From NCBI GenBank assembly GCA_030699125.1, contig JAUYKM010000009.1:108647-172646 (forward strand): 64,000 bases of DNA. Direction: 5' to 3'. Source of the stretch: Candidatus Daviesbacteria bacterium (GTDB taxonomy: Bacteria > Patescibacteriota > Microgenomatia > Daviesbacterales > UBA10151). This document shows positions 9,365 through 19,053 of this stretch, piece after piece. The notes beneath the pieces are model-generated. The model was not told the origin of the DNA. It saw nothing but the letters and a program-made list of their open reading frames with translations, and made no database searches. The first letter of the stretch is position 1. Each line of letters opens with the position of its first letter. The translations under genes and the position numbers were made by a program.

Positions 9365-10830
9365 TGGCAGATTTTGGAGATGAAGTCACAATCGAAGTTA
9401 TTAAAAAGCGTGCCATCAAAGGGGTGGCCATTTTGGCCGGCAGAACATTTCTATTGCAGATAATTTCTTTTTTTGCTGTATTTCTATTAACCGTATTTTT
9501 AGAACCAACTCAGTTAGGGACCTTCTTTTTGGTATCAGCGGTAATTAATTTTTTTGCCTACTTTTCTGATATTGGTTTGGCAGCAGCCTTAATACAAAAG
9601 AGAGATGCCCTAACAAAAGAGGAACTTCGGACCACCTTTACTATCCAGCAAACATTAGTTTTAGGGCTGATAATTATAATCTTGGCCATCACCCCTCTTT
9701 TGAAAAGTTGGTATAATTTATCGCAAGACTCAGTTTACCTTTTATGGGCATTAGCCTTTTCCCTTTTATTATCATCCCTAAAATCTATTCCCTCGGTACT
9801 TCTTGAGCGCGAGTTACGTTTTGAAAAATTAGTTATTCCTCAGATTGTGGAAACATTAATTTTTTACACAACAGTTGTCTATATGGCCTGGCAGGGATTT
9901 GGCATTATGAGTTTTACTGCGGCAGTGTTACTGCGAGGTTTTTCCGGGCTTGTTATTATCTATCTGATCAGACCATGGCAAATAGGTTTGGCATGGTCAG
10001 TGTCAGCTACCAGAGATCTTCTACGTTTTGGATTGCCTTATCAGCTAAATTCCTTTTTGGCTGTTTTTAAGGATGATGGTTTAATTGCTCTGTTGGGAGG
10101 GATTATTGGAACGCAAGGAATTGGTTTTTTGGGATGGGCGCAAAAGTGGGCTCAATCACCTTTGCGTTTTTTTATGGATCCGGTCACTAGGGTAACTTTT
10201 CCAGCTTTTTCCAGAATGCAGCATGACAGAGAGGAATTATCAAAAGCTCTATCCAGGTCAATTTTCTTTATCTGCCTTCTAACCTTTCCATTTTTGGTTG
10301 GTCTGGTTATTCTGGCACCAAAACTAATAGAGATTATTCCCAAATATGAGAAATGGCAACCAGCCCTTTTTGCACTTGTCTTTATCAGTTTTAATTCGCT
10401 TTGGGCTTCAGTTGCCACCCCCATCACAAATTTTTTTAATGCCACAGGGAGAATCTCCATCACTTTTAAACTAATGATCATGTGGACAACTATCAGTTGG
10501 TTATTGATACCAATTCTTTCTTTTGTTTACGGAGTAAACGGTGCAGGAATAGGTTATGCCATAGTAGGTTTAACCTCGATTGTAGCTTTAGTAATTGCTT
10601 CCAAAGTAATCAAAATAGATTTTTGGGGGAGCGTTATTAAACCCTTAGCGGCAGCACTTTTAATGGGACTATTTGTGAATATTGGCGCAAATTTCCTGCC
10701 GCTGGCATTTTTTTCAGTAATAATATCAGTAATCCTGGGGGTTTCGATCTATATTATTATTCTTTATTTGCTGATAGGACAAAAAATCATCTCTGATATT
10801 AGTTTAATCCTTAAAGTTTTTAAAAGATGA
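9364..10830 (+). CDS. MOP-superfamily oligosaccharide or polysaccharide flippase (Wzx-like, Polysacc_synt type).
   Basis: It has about 12-14 TM helices. The N-terminal 'KGVAILAGRTFLLQIISFFAVFLLTVFLEPTQLGTF' is typical of polysaccharide biosynthesis (Wzx) proteins. Its ATG overlaps the upstream TGA (TGATG). Confidence 0.7.
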   Translation: MADFGDEVTIEVIKKRAIKGVAILAGRTFLLQIISFFAVFLLTVFLEPTQLGTFFLVSAVINFFAYFSDIGLAAALIQKRDALTKEELRTTFTIQQTLVLGLIIIILAITPLLKSWYNLSQDSVYLLWALAFSLLLSSLKSIPSVLLERELRFEKLVIPQIVETLIFYTTVVYMAWQGFGIMSFTAAVLLRGFSGLVIIYLIRPWQIGLAWSVSATRDLLRFGLPYQLNSFLAVFKDDGLIALLGGIIGTQGIGFLGWAQKWAQSPLRFFMDPVTRVTFPAFSRMQHDREELSKALSRSIFFICLLTFPFLVGLVILAPKLIEIIPKYEKWQPALFALVFISFNSLWASVATPITNFFNATGRISITFKLMIMWTTISWLLIPILSFVYGVNGAGIGYAIVGLTSIVALVIASKVIKIDFWGSVIKPLAAALLMGLFVNIGANFLPLAFFSVIISVILGVSIYIIILYLLIGQKIISDISLILKVFKR

Positions 10831-10845
10831 TCAAATTTTTTTATA

Positions 10846-13800
10846 ATGAAAATTATTTTCTTATCATTATTATTTTTTATATCATTTTTACTAAATCCCC
10901 AAAAGATTTTGGCCGAGTCTTCTTCATTTGTCAGTGTGGTAAATCCTGTAAGAGGAAGCGATTTTTGGGATATTGAAAACCAGGATCCTAAAACTGTAGT
11001 CCTTGGTCAAATAAATATTTTGGAAAAATATTTAATAAGACCAACTTGGTTATTAAGATTTGATGCGCTAGAAAATTTAGAACTCGTAAATCTTATTAAG
11101 GATCAACCTTCTCATGAAGTCGGTCTGTTTTTGGAAATTACCCCCTCATGGACTGATAAAGCAAATGTAGTTTACAACCAATCGGAAGATTGGCATTTTG
11201 CCAAAAGCGTACTATTGACCGGTTACGAACCTGACCAGAGAGAAAAATTAATTGATACAGCCTTTGAAAAATTTAAGGAAGTATTTGGTAAATTTCCCAC
11301 ATCAGTTGGTGCCTGGTGGATAGATGCCTATTCCCTTGATTTTATGCAGAAAAAATATGGAATAGTTTCTGCCATGATTGTGGCTGACCAATATACCACG
11401 GATAACTATCAAATTTGGGGACAGTTTTGGTCTACTCCTTATTACCCTTCCAAAAATCACGCCCTTCAACCCTCCCAAAGTATGGAAGATAAGCTACCCA
11501 TTGTAGTGGTGCAGTGGGCAGCTAGAGACCCAGTGAATGGTTATGGGAAAGGGGTAGAGGACAGTACCTTTAGTATGCAACCTAATGATTATATAGATTA
11601 TCATGACCTGAGCGCTTCCTACTTCTCCAAATTGGTTGATATTTATACCAAGCAAAAGTTTAACAAGTTTGGCCACCTGATAGTGGGATTGGAGAATACT
11701 TATAGTTGGGATAAATACTCAGATGAATATGAAAATCAAATGAGAATACTTAAAGAGAAAAGCGACAGCGGTCAATTTTCTCTGGTAACCATGAGTGGTT
11801 TTGCCAATTGGTATCAGAGCAATTTCCAAATTTCCCCGGAACAAATTATTGAAGCTTCTGATCCGTTAGGGACAAATAAAAGAGTGGTCTGGTTTATGAG
11901 CCCCTATTATCGGGCCGGTTGGTTTTTTAATCAGGATGGTTCAGTTTTTAGGGACATCCGCCAATATGTAGGAGGAAATAAGGAACTCTGTTTCGATAAA
12001 AGTTGTGAAACGGTTAATTTTGCCACTTCAGCGGTGAGGGTTTTGGATGAAGTTTCCTTTGGACATAAATGGATTATAGATGATGGTGAAATTAGTAATC
12101 TTAAAATAGAAAAGATGGATGATAAGGTAGTCTTAACTTATCTTAATCAGGCTGGAAACGATAGGGTCATTGAATTTTTACCAAGGGATATTAGTGTGGA
12201 TGGAGAAATATCCTCAATTGATACCGCTATTTTGGAAGCTACTAAGCATAATTTGGATCAAAAAAATCAGGCTCAAATTGTCAGTGGACTATTTAATTGG
12301 ACCCTGCAGTCTGTAATTTTTAAAATTTTCAAATTTACACTCTTTATATTAATTGCTTTTTTTGTACCCGGTTTTCTCATAATTCAAAAACTAAAAAGAG
12401 AAAATTCGTTTTATCAAATAACTTTTTTAGGAATTGTTTTGGGATTAAGCTTTTTTAGCTTGATTTTCTATTTTATTAGCTTAATAAATCTTAAACAATT
12501 AATTTATCTATATCTTTCTATAAATCTTATTCTCTTTATTAAAAATTTTAAGCAATTTCTAAAAATACCTGTAAATATAAATAGATTTAACCTGATAATA
12601 ATTTTTTTAATTATGGTGGGGGTTGTCTTTCAGATTATACCCACTTTCAAAAACGGTTTGACTTACTCATATGGTATGGGATTGTGGGGACCCAATACTC
12701 ATGACGGCATGTGGCATATTAGTTTAATTAACCAGTTGGTAAAACATGTTCCACCAGAAAATCCTATTTTTGGAGGAGAAATATTAAAAAATTATCACTA
12801 TTTTTATGATCTAACGATCGCTGCAACGATATATGTTACAGGTATTTCTGTCATAGATTTAATTTTTAGATTTTATCCAATTCTTTTATCATCACTTCTA
12901 GGTTTAGGCAGTTTCTATTTAATAAAGGGTTTAATTAATATTAAGGAAAATCTGCAATCCAAGTTAAGTATTATAGCCGGGCTTTATCTGGTCTATTTTT
13001 CCGGTAGTTTCGGTTGGATTGTTTCATATATTAGAGAAAAAAATTTTTCAGGTGAGTCGCACTTTTGGGCAAATCAATCAATATCTTTTAACTTAAATCC
13101 TCCTTTTGCAATTTCTTTAATCATAGTGATTGCCATACTTCAGCTTTTAGATTTAAATAAACTATCAAAACTTAAAGTTGCAGTACTTACTATTCTGATT
13201 GGTCCGCTGATTGCTTTTAAAGCTTACGCGGCAATTCTTATATTGGCAAGTTTCTTTTTGGTGGGGTTAATAAAGAAGTCGATAAATTATCTAGTTATCT
13301 TCATAGCCAGTTCAGTTTTGACTACGTTTTTATTTTTGTCTAATTTTTCCCTAAATAATAAAATAATGCTTTTTTCACCATTTTGGTTTATCCACTCCAT
13401 GATTGACTCACCAGACAGAGTTGGTTGGATCAGATTAACTCTGGCCAGGGAAGATGGTCTCACCAAAGGCAATTGGTTAAAGTTCCTCTCAGTAGAGGCT
13501 ATAAGTTTGATAATTTTTATTGTAGGAAATCTAGGAGTTAGAGTCTTTGCCCTACTCTCCCTCATTAAATTCCCATATATTGTCCGACGAGCCGATTACC
13601 TGTTTATTTTTATTTTCTCAAGCTTAGCCTTTTTTATTCCTATCCTTTTTATTCAAGCTGGAAACCCTTGGAATACAATTCAATTTTTATATTATTTTCT
13701 TTATGTTTCAGCAGTAGTAGGAGGAGTAGTTATAGCAAAAGTAGTTGTGAATTTACCTAAGATGATAGGTGTACCGATACTGCTTTTTTTCATCGCCCTA

Positions 13801-14265
13801 ACCCCTATAAATTCCTGGGCCACAGCCAATAGCTACTTAACTAATCAACCGCATGGTTTCATCAGTAATGGAGAATTGGAGGCATTAAAGTTTTTAAAGT
13901 CACAGAAGGATGGAATAGTCCTGACCTATCCATATGACGGGAGACTGAAGAATAAATTTATGGAACCGTGGCCCATCATAATATATGATAGTACCGCTTA
14001 CGTCTCCGCACTAACAGAAAAATCCGTCTACATTGAAGATGAGCAACAGAATAATATTCTTTTAACCGATTATAAAAAGAGATTGGTTGCATCCAAAGAT
14101 TTTTATGCCAATTTTAAAGAATACGGAGATAAATTTATTTCTGAAAATAATATCAAATATATCTATCTTCCCAAAATTCACAATCTAAGACTGGATGAAA
14201 ATGTTCTTAATATTTCTAATATTTTTGAGAATAAAGAGGTGGTTATTTATAAAATAAATAAATGA
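10846..14265 (+). CDS. Family-C polytopic membrane protein, 1139 aa. A signal-peptide-led, roughly 480-aa extracytoplasmic N-terminal domain is fused to a GT-C-like membrane core.
   Basis: The Sec signal peptide is 'MKIIFLSLLFFISFLLNPQKILA/ESS', followed by a long hydrophilic domain. The membrane core carries 'THDGMWHISLINQL...PPENPIFGGEILKNYHYFYDL', which is shared with genes 14262 and 41492. Confidence 0.55.
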   Translation: MKIIFLSLLFFISFLLNPQKILAESSSFVSVVNPVRGSDFWDIENQDPKTVVLGQINILEKYLIRPTWLLRFDALENLELVNLIKDQPSHEVGLFLEITPSWTDKANVVYNQSEDWHFAKSVLLTGYEPDQREKLIDTAFEKFKEVFGKFPTSVGAWWIDAYSLDFMQKKYGIVSAMIVADQYTTDNYQIWGQFWSTPYYPSKNHALQPSQSMEDKLPIVVVQWAARDPVNGYGKGVEDSTFSMQPNDYIDYHDLSASYFSKLVDIYTKQKFNKFGHLIVGLENTYSWDKYSDEYENQMRILKEKSDSGQFSLVTMSGFANWYQSNFQISPEQIIEASDPLGTNKRVVWFMSPYYRAGWFFNQDGSVFRDIRQYVGGNKELCFDKSCETVNFATSAVRVLDEVSFGHKWIIDDGEISNLKIEKMDDKVVLTYLNQAGNDRVIEFLPRDISVDGEISSIDTAILEATKHNLDQKNQAQIVSGLFNWTLQSVIFKIFKFTLFILIAFFVPGFLIIQKLKRENSFYQITFLGIVLGLSFFSLIFYFISLINLKQLIYLYLSINLILFIKNFKQFLKIPVNINRFNLIIIFLIMVGVVFQIIPTFKNGLTYSYGMGLWGPNTHDGMWHISLINQLVKHVPPENPIFGGEILKNYHYFYDLTIAATIYVTGISVIDLIFRFYPILLSSLLGLGSFYLIKGLINIKENLQSKLSIIAGLYLVYFSGSFGWIVSYIREKNFSGESHFWANQSISFNLNPPFAISLIIVIAILQLLDLNKLSKLKVAVLTILIGPLIAFKAYAAILILASFFLVGLIKKSINYLVIFIASSVLTTFLFLSNFSLNNKIMLFSPFWFIHSMIDSPDRVGWIRLTLAREDGLTKGNWLKFLSVEAISLIIFIVGNLGVRVFALLSLIKFPYIVRRADYLFIFIFSSLAFFIPILFIQAGNPWNTIQFLYYFLYVSAVVGGVVIAKVVVNLPKMIGVPILLFFIALTPINSWATANSYLTNQPHGFISNGELEALKFLKSQKDGIVLTYPYDGRLKNKFMEPWPIIIYDSTAYVSALTEKSVYIEDEQQNNILLTDYKKRLVASKDFYANFKEYGDKFISENNIKYIYLPKIHNLRLDENVLNISNIFENKEVVIYKINK

Positions 14266-16262
14266 TATATATTTTATCACAATTATTGTTGGGAATATTA
14301 TTTTTATTTGCGGCTTTCTTTACGCTGACTATGCCAGGATTATTCTTCTTAAAGAAACTTAAAATAGAATTTCAAGATTTTTGGGAAAAATTTACCATCT
14401 CCTCAGTCTTAGGATTGGTGCTATTTACGCTAACTGCTTATGTATTATCGGCAATCCATCTAAGGTTTCTAATATGGTCTTTTCCCATTCTTGGTTTTTG
14501 GTCTGTCCTTAAATTCAAGAATGATCTTAAAATTGATTTTAAACTTAAATATAAGATATTTTTCCTTTTAGTTTTAATAATCGGCATAATTGCCCAAGTT
14601 GCTGTTAATGCTCCATCAGGGGCGCCCTATCAAGATGGAATATTTTTTTGGAGCTCACATGGTCATGATGGGATATGGCATATTGCTTTAATGGAAGAGC
14701 TAAAAAAAGATATCTTTCCCTTCCAAAATCCGGAAGTAGCAGGGGAGAAGCTACAAAATTATCATTTTTTTGTCGATCTTTTAATGTCCGAATTTAGCAG
14801 GCTTTATCAATTTTCCAGTTTAGATATTTATTTTAGATTTATGCCAGTGGTATTTTCTTTACTTTTGGGACTAACTTCTTTTATATTTGTGCGGGCATGG
14901 ACAGGTAAGGAACTCGCGGGAATTTGGGCAATGATTTTCACTTTTTTTGCCGGTAGTTTTGGCTACTTACTTTATGTACCCACTCATGGTAGTTTGGGTG
15001 GTGAGGCCATTTTCTGGTTGTCACAAACACATTCAGTATTGGGAAATCCACCTCATGCAGCAGCTTTTATTATAATAACTGTTTTTCTTTTTATCCTTCT
15101 AAAATATCTGAAAAATTATCAGCTGAATTATTTTATTTTATGTGCTTTGCTGGGAGCTGTAGTAATTGAATTTAAAGTCTATGGTGGGCTTTTAATCCTG
15201 GGTGGATTATTGGTCATTGGCATTTGGGAGATAATATCTAAGAGACGCTTAAAGACAATATTGCTTTTCATGGTAACTTCAGCTGGCGCTTTTGGTATTT
15301 ATTTTCCTAACAGTCAAAATTCTCAAGGTTTTTTGATTTTTGAGCCCTGGTGGTATATTCGGACCATGGTAGTGGTACCCGACCGTCTTAACTGGATAGA
15401 TCTAGAGTTAAGGCGGCAACATTACTTGGCCCAGGGGACCTGGAATGCTTACCTTAGAGTACTTCAGCTTGAACTAACAGCTTTTTTAATTTTTCTTATA
15501 GGCAATTTAGGAATGAGGTTTTTGGGATTCTGGACTATTTTTATAATGATCAAGAATAATTTATTCAGAAATTCATTTAGTATTTTCTTTTTAGCCATTA
15601 TTATAGCCTCTTTTGTAATCCCTCATTTATTTTTGCAAAAAGGGGTGGCGTGGAACTCGATACAGTTTAATCAATATTTTATATTGTTTTTTGGCTTTTT
15701 AGCAGGAGCAGCTGTGGACTCACTTATTACCAAATTTAAATATTTATCTATTAAAATTGCTATCGCATCTTTAATAATAATTCTGGCAATTCCCACTCAA
15801 ATTGGTCTTCTTTGGCAATTCTATTCCAATGCCCCCTTGTCAAAAGTTACATATAATGAACTAGAGGGTCTTCAATTTTTAAAAAATGAAACAAAGGATC
15901 AGACAGTTATTCTGACAATGCCGTTTAATAAATATGAGAGAGACAAATATAAGGATCCTCCAATCCCGATTTATGCTTGGTTTGATACAGGTTATGTCTC
16001 TGCTTTTTCCTCCAGAAGGACTCTTATTTCGGATGAAGAACAGGTCAATATCATGGGGTATCAGCTAAATGAATTGATAGAAGAAAGAAAACTTTCATTT
16101 AGCAGCAATGATTATCATATGATGAGTAATTTTATAGATAAATTTAATATAGATTACATATATCTCTCCTGGAAACAAGAATTGGCTACCGACTCTGGCT
16201 TACTCAATCTTGATTTAATTTTTGAAAATAAAGATGCTAAAATTTTTAAAGTAAGAAGATGA
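14262..16262 (+). CDS. Family-C polytopic membrane protein, a GT-C-like paralog.
   Basis: It carries 'SHGHDGIWHIALMEEL...FPFQNPEVAGEKLQNYHFFVDL' and has multiple TM helices. Its 5' end overlaps the upstream gene by 4 nt. Confidence 0.55.
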   Translation: MIYILSQLLLGILFLFAAFFTLTMPGLFFLKKLKIEFQDFWEKFTISSVLGLVLFTLTAYVLSAIHLRFLIWSFPILGFWSVLKFKNDLKIDFKLKYKIFFLLVLIIGIIAQVAVNAPSGAPYQDGIFFWSSHGHDGIWHIALMEELKKDIFPFQNPEVAGEKLQNYHFFVDLLMSEFSRLYQFSSLDIYFRFMPVVFSLLLGLTSFIFVRAWTGKELAGIWAMIFTFFAGSFGYLLYVPTHGSLGGEAIFWLSQTHSVLGNPPHAAAFIIITVFLFILLKYLKNYQLNYFILCALLGAVVIEFKVYGGLLILGGLLVIGIWEIISKRRLKTILLFMVTSAGAFGIYFPNSQNSQGFLIFEPWWYIRTMVVVPDRLNWIDLELRRQHYLAQGTWNAYLRVLQLELTAFLIFLIGNLGMRFLGFWTIFIMIKNNLFRNSFSIFFLAIIIASFVIPHLFLQKGVAWNSIQFNQYFILFFGFLAGAAVDSLITKFKYLSIKIAIASLIIILAIPTQIGLLWQFYSNAPLSKVTYNELEGLQFLKNETKDQTVILTMPFNKYERDKYKDPPIPIYAWFDTGYVSAFSSRRTLISDEEQVNIMGYQLNELIEERKLSFSSNDYHMMSNFIDKFNIDYIYLSWKQELATDSGLLNLDLIFENKDAKIFKVRR

Positions 16263-17869
16263 ATACTAAATTAGTACTGACAATTATTTTAATTTTGGGG
16301 CTTTTTTTTAGAGTTGTCGGCATTAACAATAATCCCCCTTCACTCTATGGTGATGAACTGACAATTAACCTAGATGCTTATTCAATTTTAAAGACAGGAC
16401 ATGACCAGCTGGGCAACTTCCTTCCATTAACTTTTGAAATGGGAGCAGGCAGACCAGGTGTTTATGTCTACGGCTCAGTTCCTTTTGTGGCGCTTTTCGG
16501 GCCATCTACCCTGGGAGTAAGAATGCTGTCTATACTCTCAGGCCTGGGTATTATATTGCTCCTATATTATATAGGTAGAAAACTCTTTTCAGAAAGAGTG
16601 GGACTTATTTCTTCCGCCATTGGGGCTGTTTCTCTCTGGGATATATCTTTAAGCAGGGGAGGATTTGAAGCTCATTTTGCGCTTTTTTTGGCCCTGTTAG
16701 GAATTTATTTTTTTATTAAAGCAGAAGAAAAACCCCAAACCTATATACTTTCTGCCATATGTTTTGGTTTAACCTTGCATACCTATCCAACATATAAAGT
16801 AACTTTATTTTTATTTTTACCTCTACTTGCTTGGTATAGGTGGAGAAGAAATTCTTTTAAAAGCGATCTAAAATATTTGGTTACAGGAATTCTGATATTT
16901 TTATTTTTGGGATTAATTGCATTAAGCCAGACCTTTGTAGCTGATTCTGAAATAAGATTTTCCGATATAAATATCTTCTCTCAAAGTCAATTACAAGTAT
17001 CAATTAAGGAGAAGATAAATTCAGAAAGGAAACTAACACAATTACCACAATGGTTTGCAAGATATCTTCATAATAAACCAATTGAATATACGAAAATTTT
17101 GATAGAAAACTATCTACAAAATTTCTCAATAGACTTTCTAGTTTTACACGGAGATAAGAATCCCAGACACAACATGGCAACAATGGGTCAATTTTATGCA
17201 ATTGAGTTATTTTTAATCTTGGCTGGTCTTTTAGTTATTTGGCAAGAAGACAAAAGAACTGCTCTATTTTTATTATTCTGGATCGTTTTATCGCCTGTTT
17301 CTACAGCGATAGTTGGTCAACCGCATGCTTTAAGGAGTGCCTTTATGCTGCCGCCTCTTTTATTTCTCTCAGCTACTGGCTTAAACGTGATTATAAATCA
17401 AAGGAAAAAAATTATACTTTCAATAGTAAGTATAGTATTTATTGTCCAATTTACATTTTTCATACAAAAGCTTTACTTTCTTGCTCCTTATGAATATAGC
17501 AATTTCTGGTCTTATTCTGGAAAATTAGCATCAGAGACTGCAATAAATAACAAAAATAAATATGACTTTGTGATTGTTGCTGATAAGATAGATAGTGTTG
17601 AATTTGCCTACCCACTTTATGCAAAAGTAGATCCGAAAATAATAATTTCACAAAATAAAGATAGGGTCTTATTAAATGATTATTTATTCAAAAAATTTGA
17701 CAATGTATATATAGGTTATATCCCGGATACCTTGATAAGCAGTTTCTTAAGCAGTTTAAGTGGAAGCTATTTTTATATAGGTTTACCAAGTGATGCAAAA
17801 TTTTTGCAACCTTATGAAACTTTACAAGGTCCGGATAAGAAAGATACCATCTTGATTCACTATCCATAG
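16259..17869 (+). CDS. GT39/PMT_2-like (ArnT-like) membrane glycosyltransferase.
   Basis: It carries 'PPSLYGDELTINLDAYSILKTGHDQLGNFLPLTF' (a D-E loop) and a later 'NGxxxxxHxxGxxG' pattern shared with the other GT39-like paralogs. It is polytopic. Confidence 0.65.
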   Translation: MNTKLVLTIILILGLFFRVVGINNNPPSLYGDELTINLDAYSILKTGHDQLGNFLPLTFEMGAGRPGVYVYGSVPFVALFGPSTLGVRMLSILSGLGIILLLYYIGRKLFSERVGLISSAIGAVSLWDISLSRGGFEAHFALFLALLGIYFFIKAEEKPQTYILSAICFGLTLHTYPTYKVTLFLFLPLLAWYRWRRNSFKSDLKYLVTGILIFLFLGLIALSQTFVADSEIRFSDINIFSQSQLQVSIKEKINSERKLTQLPQWFARYLHNKPIEYTKILIENYLQNFSIDFLVLHGDKNPRHNMATMGQFYAIELFLILAGLLVIWQEDKRTALFLLFWIVLSPVSTAIVGQPHALRSAFMLPPLLFLSATGLNVIINQRKKIILSIVSIVFIVQFTFFIQKLYFLAPYEYSNFWSYSGKLASETAINNKNKYDFVIVADKIDSVEFAYPLYAKVDPKIIISQNKDRVLLNDYLFKKFDNVYIGYIPDTLISSFLSSLSGSYFYIGLPSDAKFLQPYETLQGPDKKDTILIHYP

Positions 17870-17880
17870 AATAGGAATTA

Positions 17881-19053
17881 ATGAAGCATATTCCAAAGAT
17901 AGATAAATTTTTCTTATCTTTAAATCTATTTTTAATCTCCATTCATATACTTTTTTTAGCTCTTTTGATAAAAACTCTTTACCCTATTCATTTTATGGAA
18001 GAGAATCTATTCTTTTTTGATTTATTAAGCAAACCACTCCATATCCCTTATTGGTTAATTATTATTTGTACTAATATTAATATTTTGAGCTTATCGTTTA
18101 TCGGTAAACTAATCTGGGGCAGTAGAGAATGGGTGATATTACCTGCCTTGTATGTTCTAAACCCCTGGACTCCCTATCTTGCCTCTCTTAATTCCTTTTA
18201 TATATATCTTGCCAGTTTAATTTTGATAATGATTTTGGGATTTATTTTTATTAAATCTACAAATCATTGGATAGGTGCTGTAATTTCAATCTTTGCAGGG
18301 GTTTTACTTCTCTATAGCTCGCTTATAATATTCATTATATTCCCCTTGATGGTAATTGGAATTATAATTTTAAGATTGTTTTCTAAGAATGAAATAAAAA
18401 AATTATCTTTCTGGATTATCTTATTTTGTGTACCTCTTTTTATGGCCATTTTTAAAAATTCTGTGGGATGGGAAAATATTTATAGAAACGAAGTCACTAT
18501 TTTAAGCGAAGAGGGTTTTCTAAATGATGTAAATAAATTTCAGGGGCAGGCGCAAAAAAGAGGTTTTAGGCTATTATCAAAAGTAGCCGAGAACAGGTAC
18601 GTATATTTTGCAAAATATGCTTCTTTAAAAATTATTAAAAATTTAACTCCTGCGACCTACTTTACACCTCAAGAAAAGTTGGCATCCTTTTCCTTCAGCC
18701 CGCCAATCTTTTTGGGATTTATATTGCCATTTCTTTTTGGCCTTTATTCACTGCTAAAATCCACTCAATCAGCCAAGTTTCTGGGGTTATCCTTAATTCT
18801 GATAATTCCTTCTCTATTGTCAAAACAAATAGTGGATTTAAATAGACTGGTAATTTTTTCCCCTATTATTTTTTATGCAATAAGCTATGGTCTTATCAAT
18901 CTTTATAGAAGTAAGAAATTTTCTTTTAGAATAATCCTTTTCTTGACAATTATCTTAGTATTTATTCAAATGTTTGTAACAATTTCCGATATCTATCTTA
19001 GAGAAACCATACGTTTTGATAAAACATCTGGTATAAACTTTGAAATCAAATGA
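17881..19053 (+). CDS. Truncated GT39-like paralog of 390 aa that lacks the N-terminal D-E catalytic loop.
   Basis: It aligns by eye with the middle and C-terminal TM region of the neighbouring GT39-like proteins ('SPPIFLGFILPFLFGLYSLLK...LILIIPSLL'). No D-E motif region is present. It starts 11 nt after the upstream stop. Confidence 0.4.
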   Translation: MKHIPKIDKFFLSLNLFLISIHILFLALLIKTLYPIHFMEENLFFFDLLSKPLHIPYWLIIICTNINILSLSFIGKLIWGSREWVILPALYVLNPWTPYLASLNSFYIYLASLILIMILGFIFIKSTNHWIGAVISIFAGVLLLYSSLIIFIIFPLMVIGIIILRLFSKNEIKKLSFWIILFCVPLFMAIFKNSVGWENIYRNEVTILSEEGFLNDVNKFQGQAQKRGFRLLSKVAENRYVYFAKYASLKIIKNLTPATYFTPQEKLASFSFSPPIFLGFILPFLFGLYSLLKSTQSAKFLGLSLILIIPSLLSKQIVDLNRLVIFSPIIFYAISYGLINLYRSKKFSFRIILFLTIILVFIQMFVTISDIYLRETIRFDKTSGINFEIK

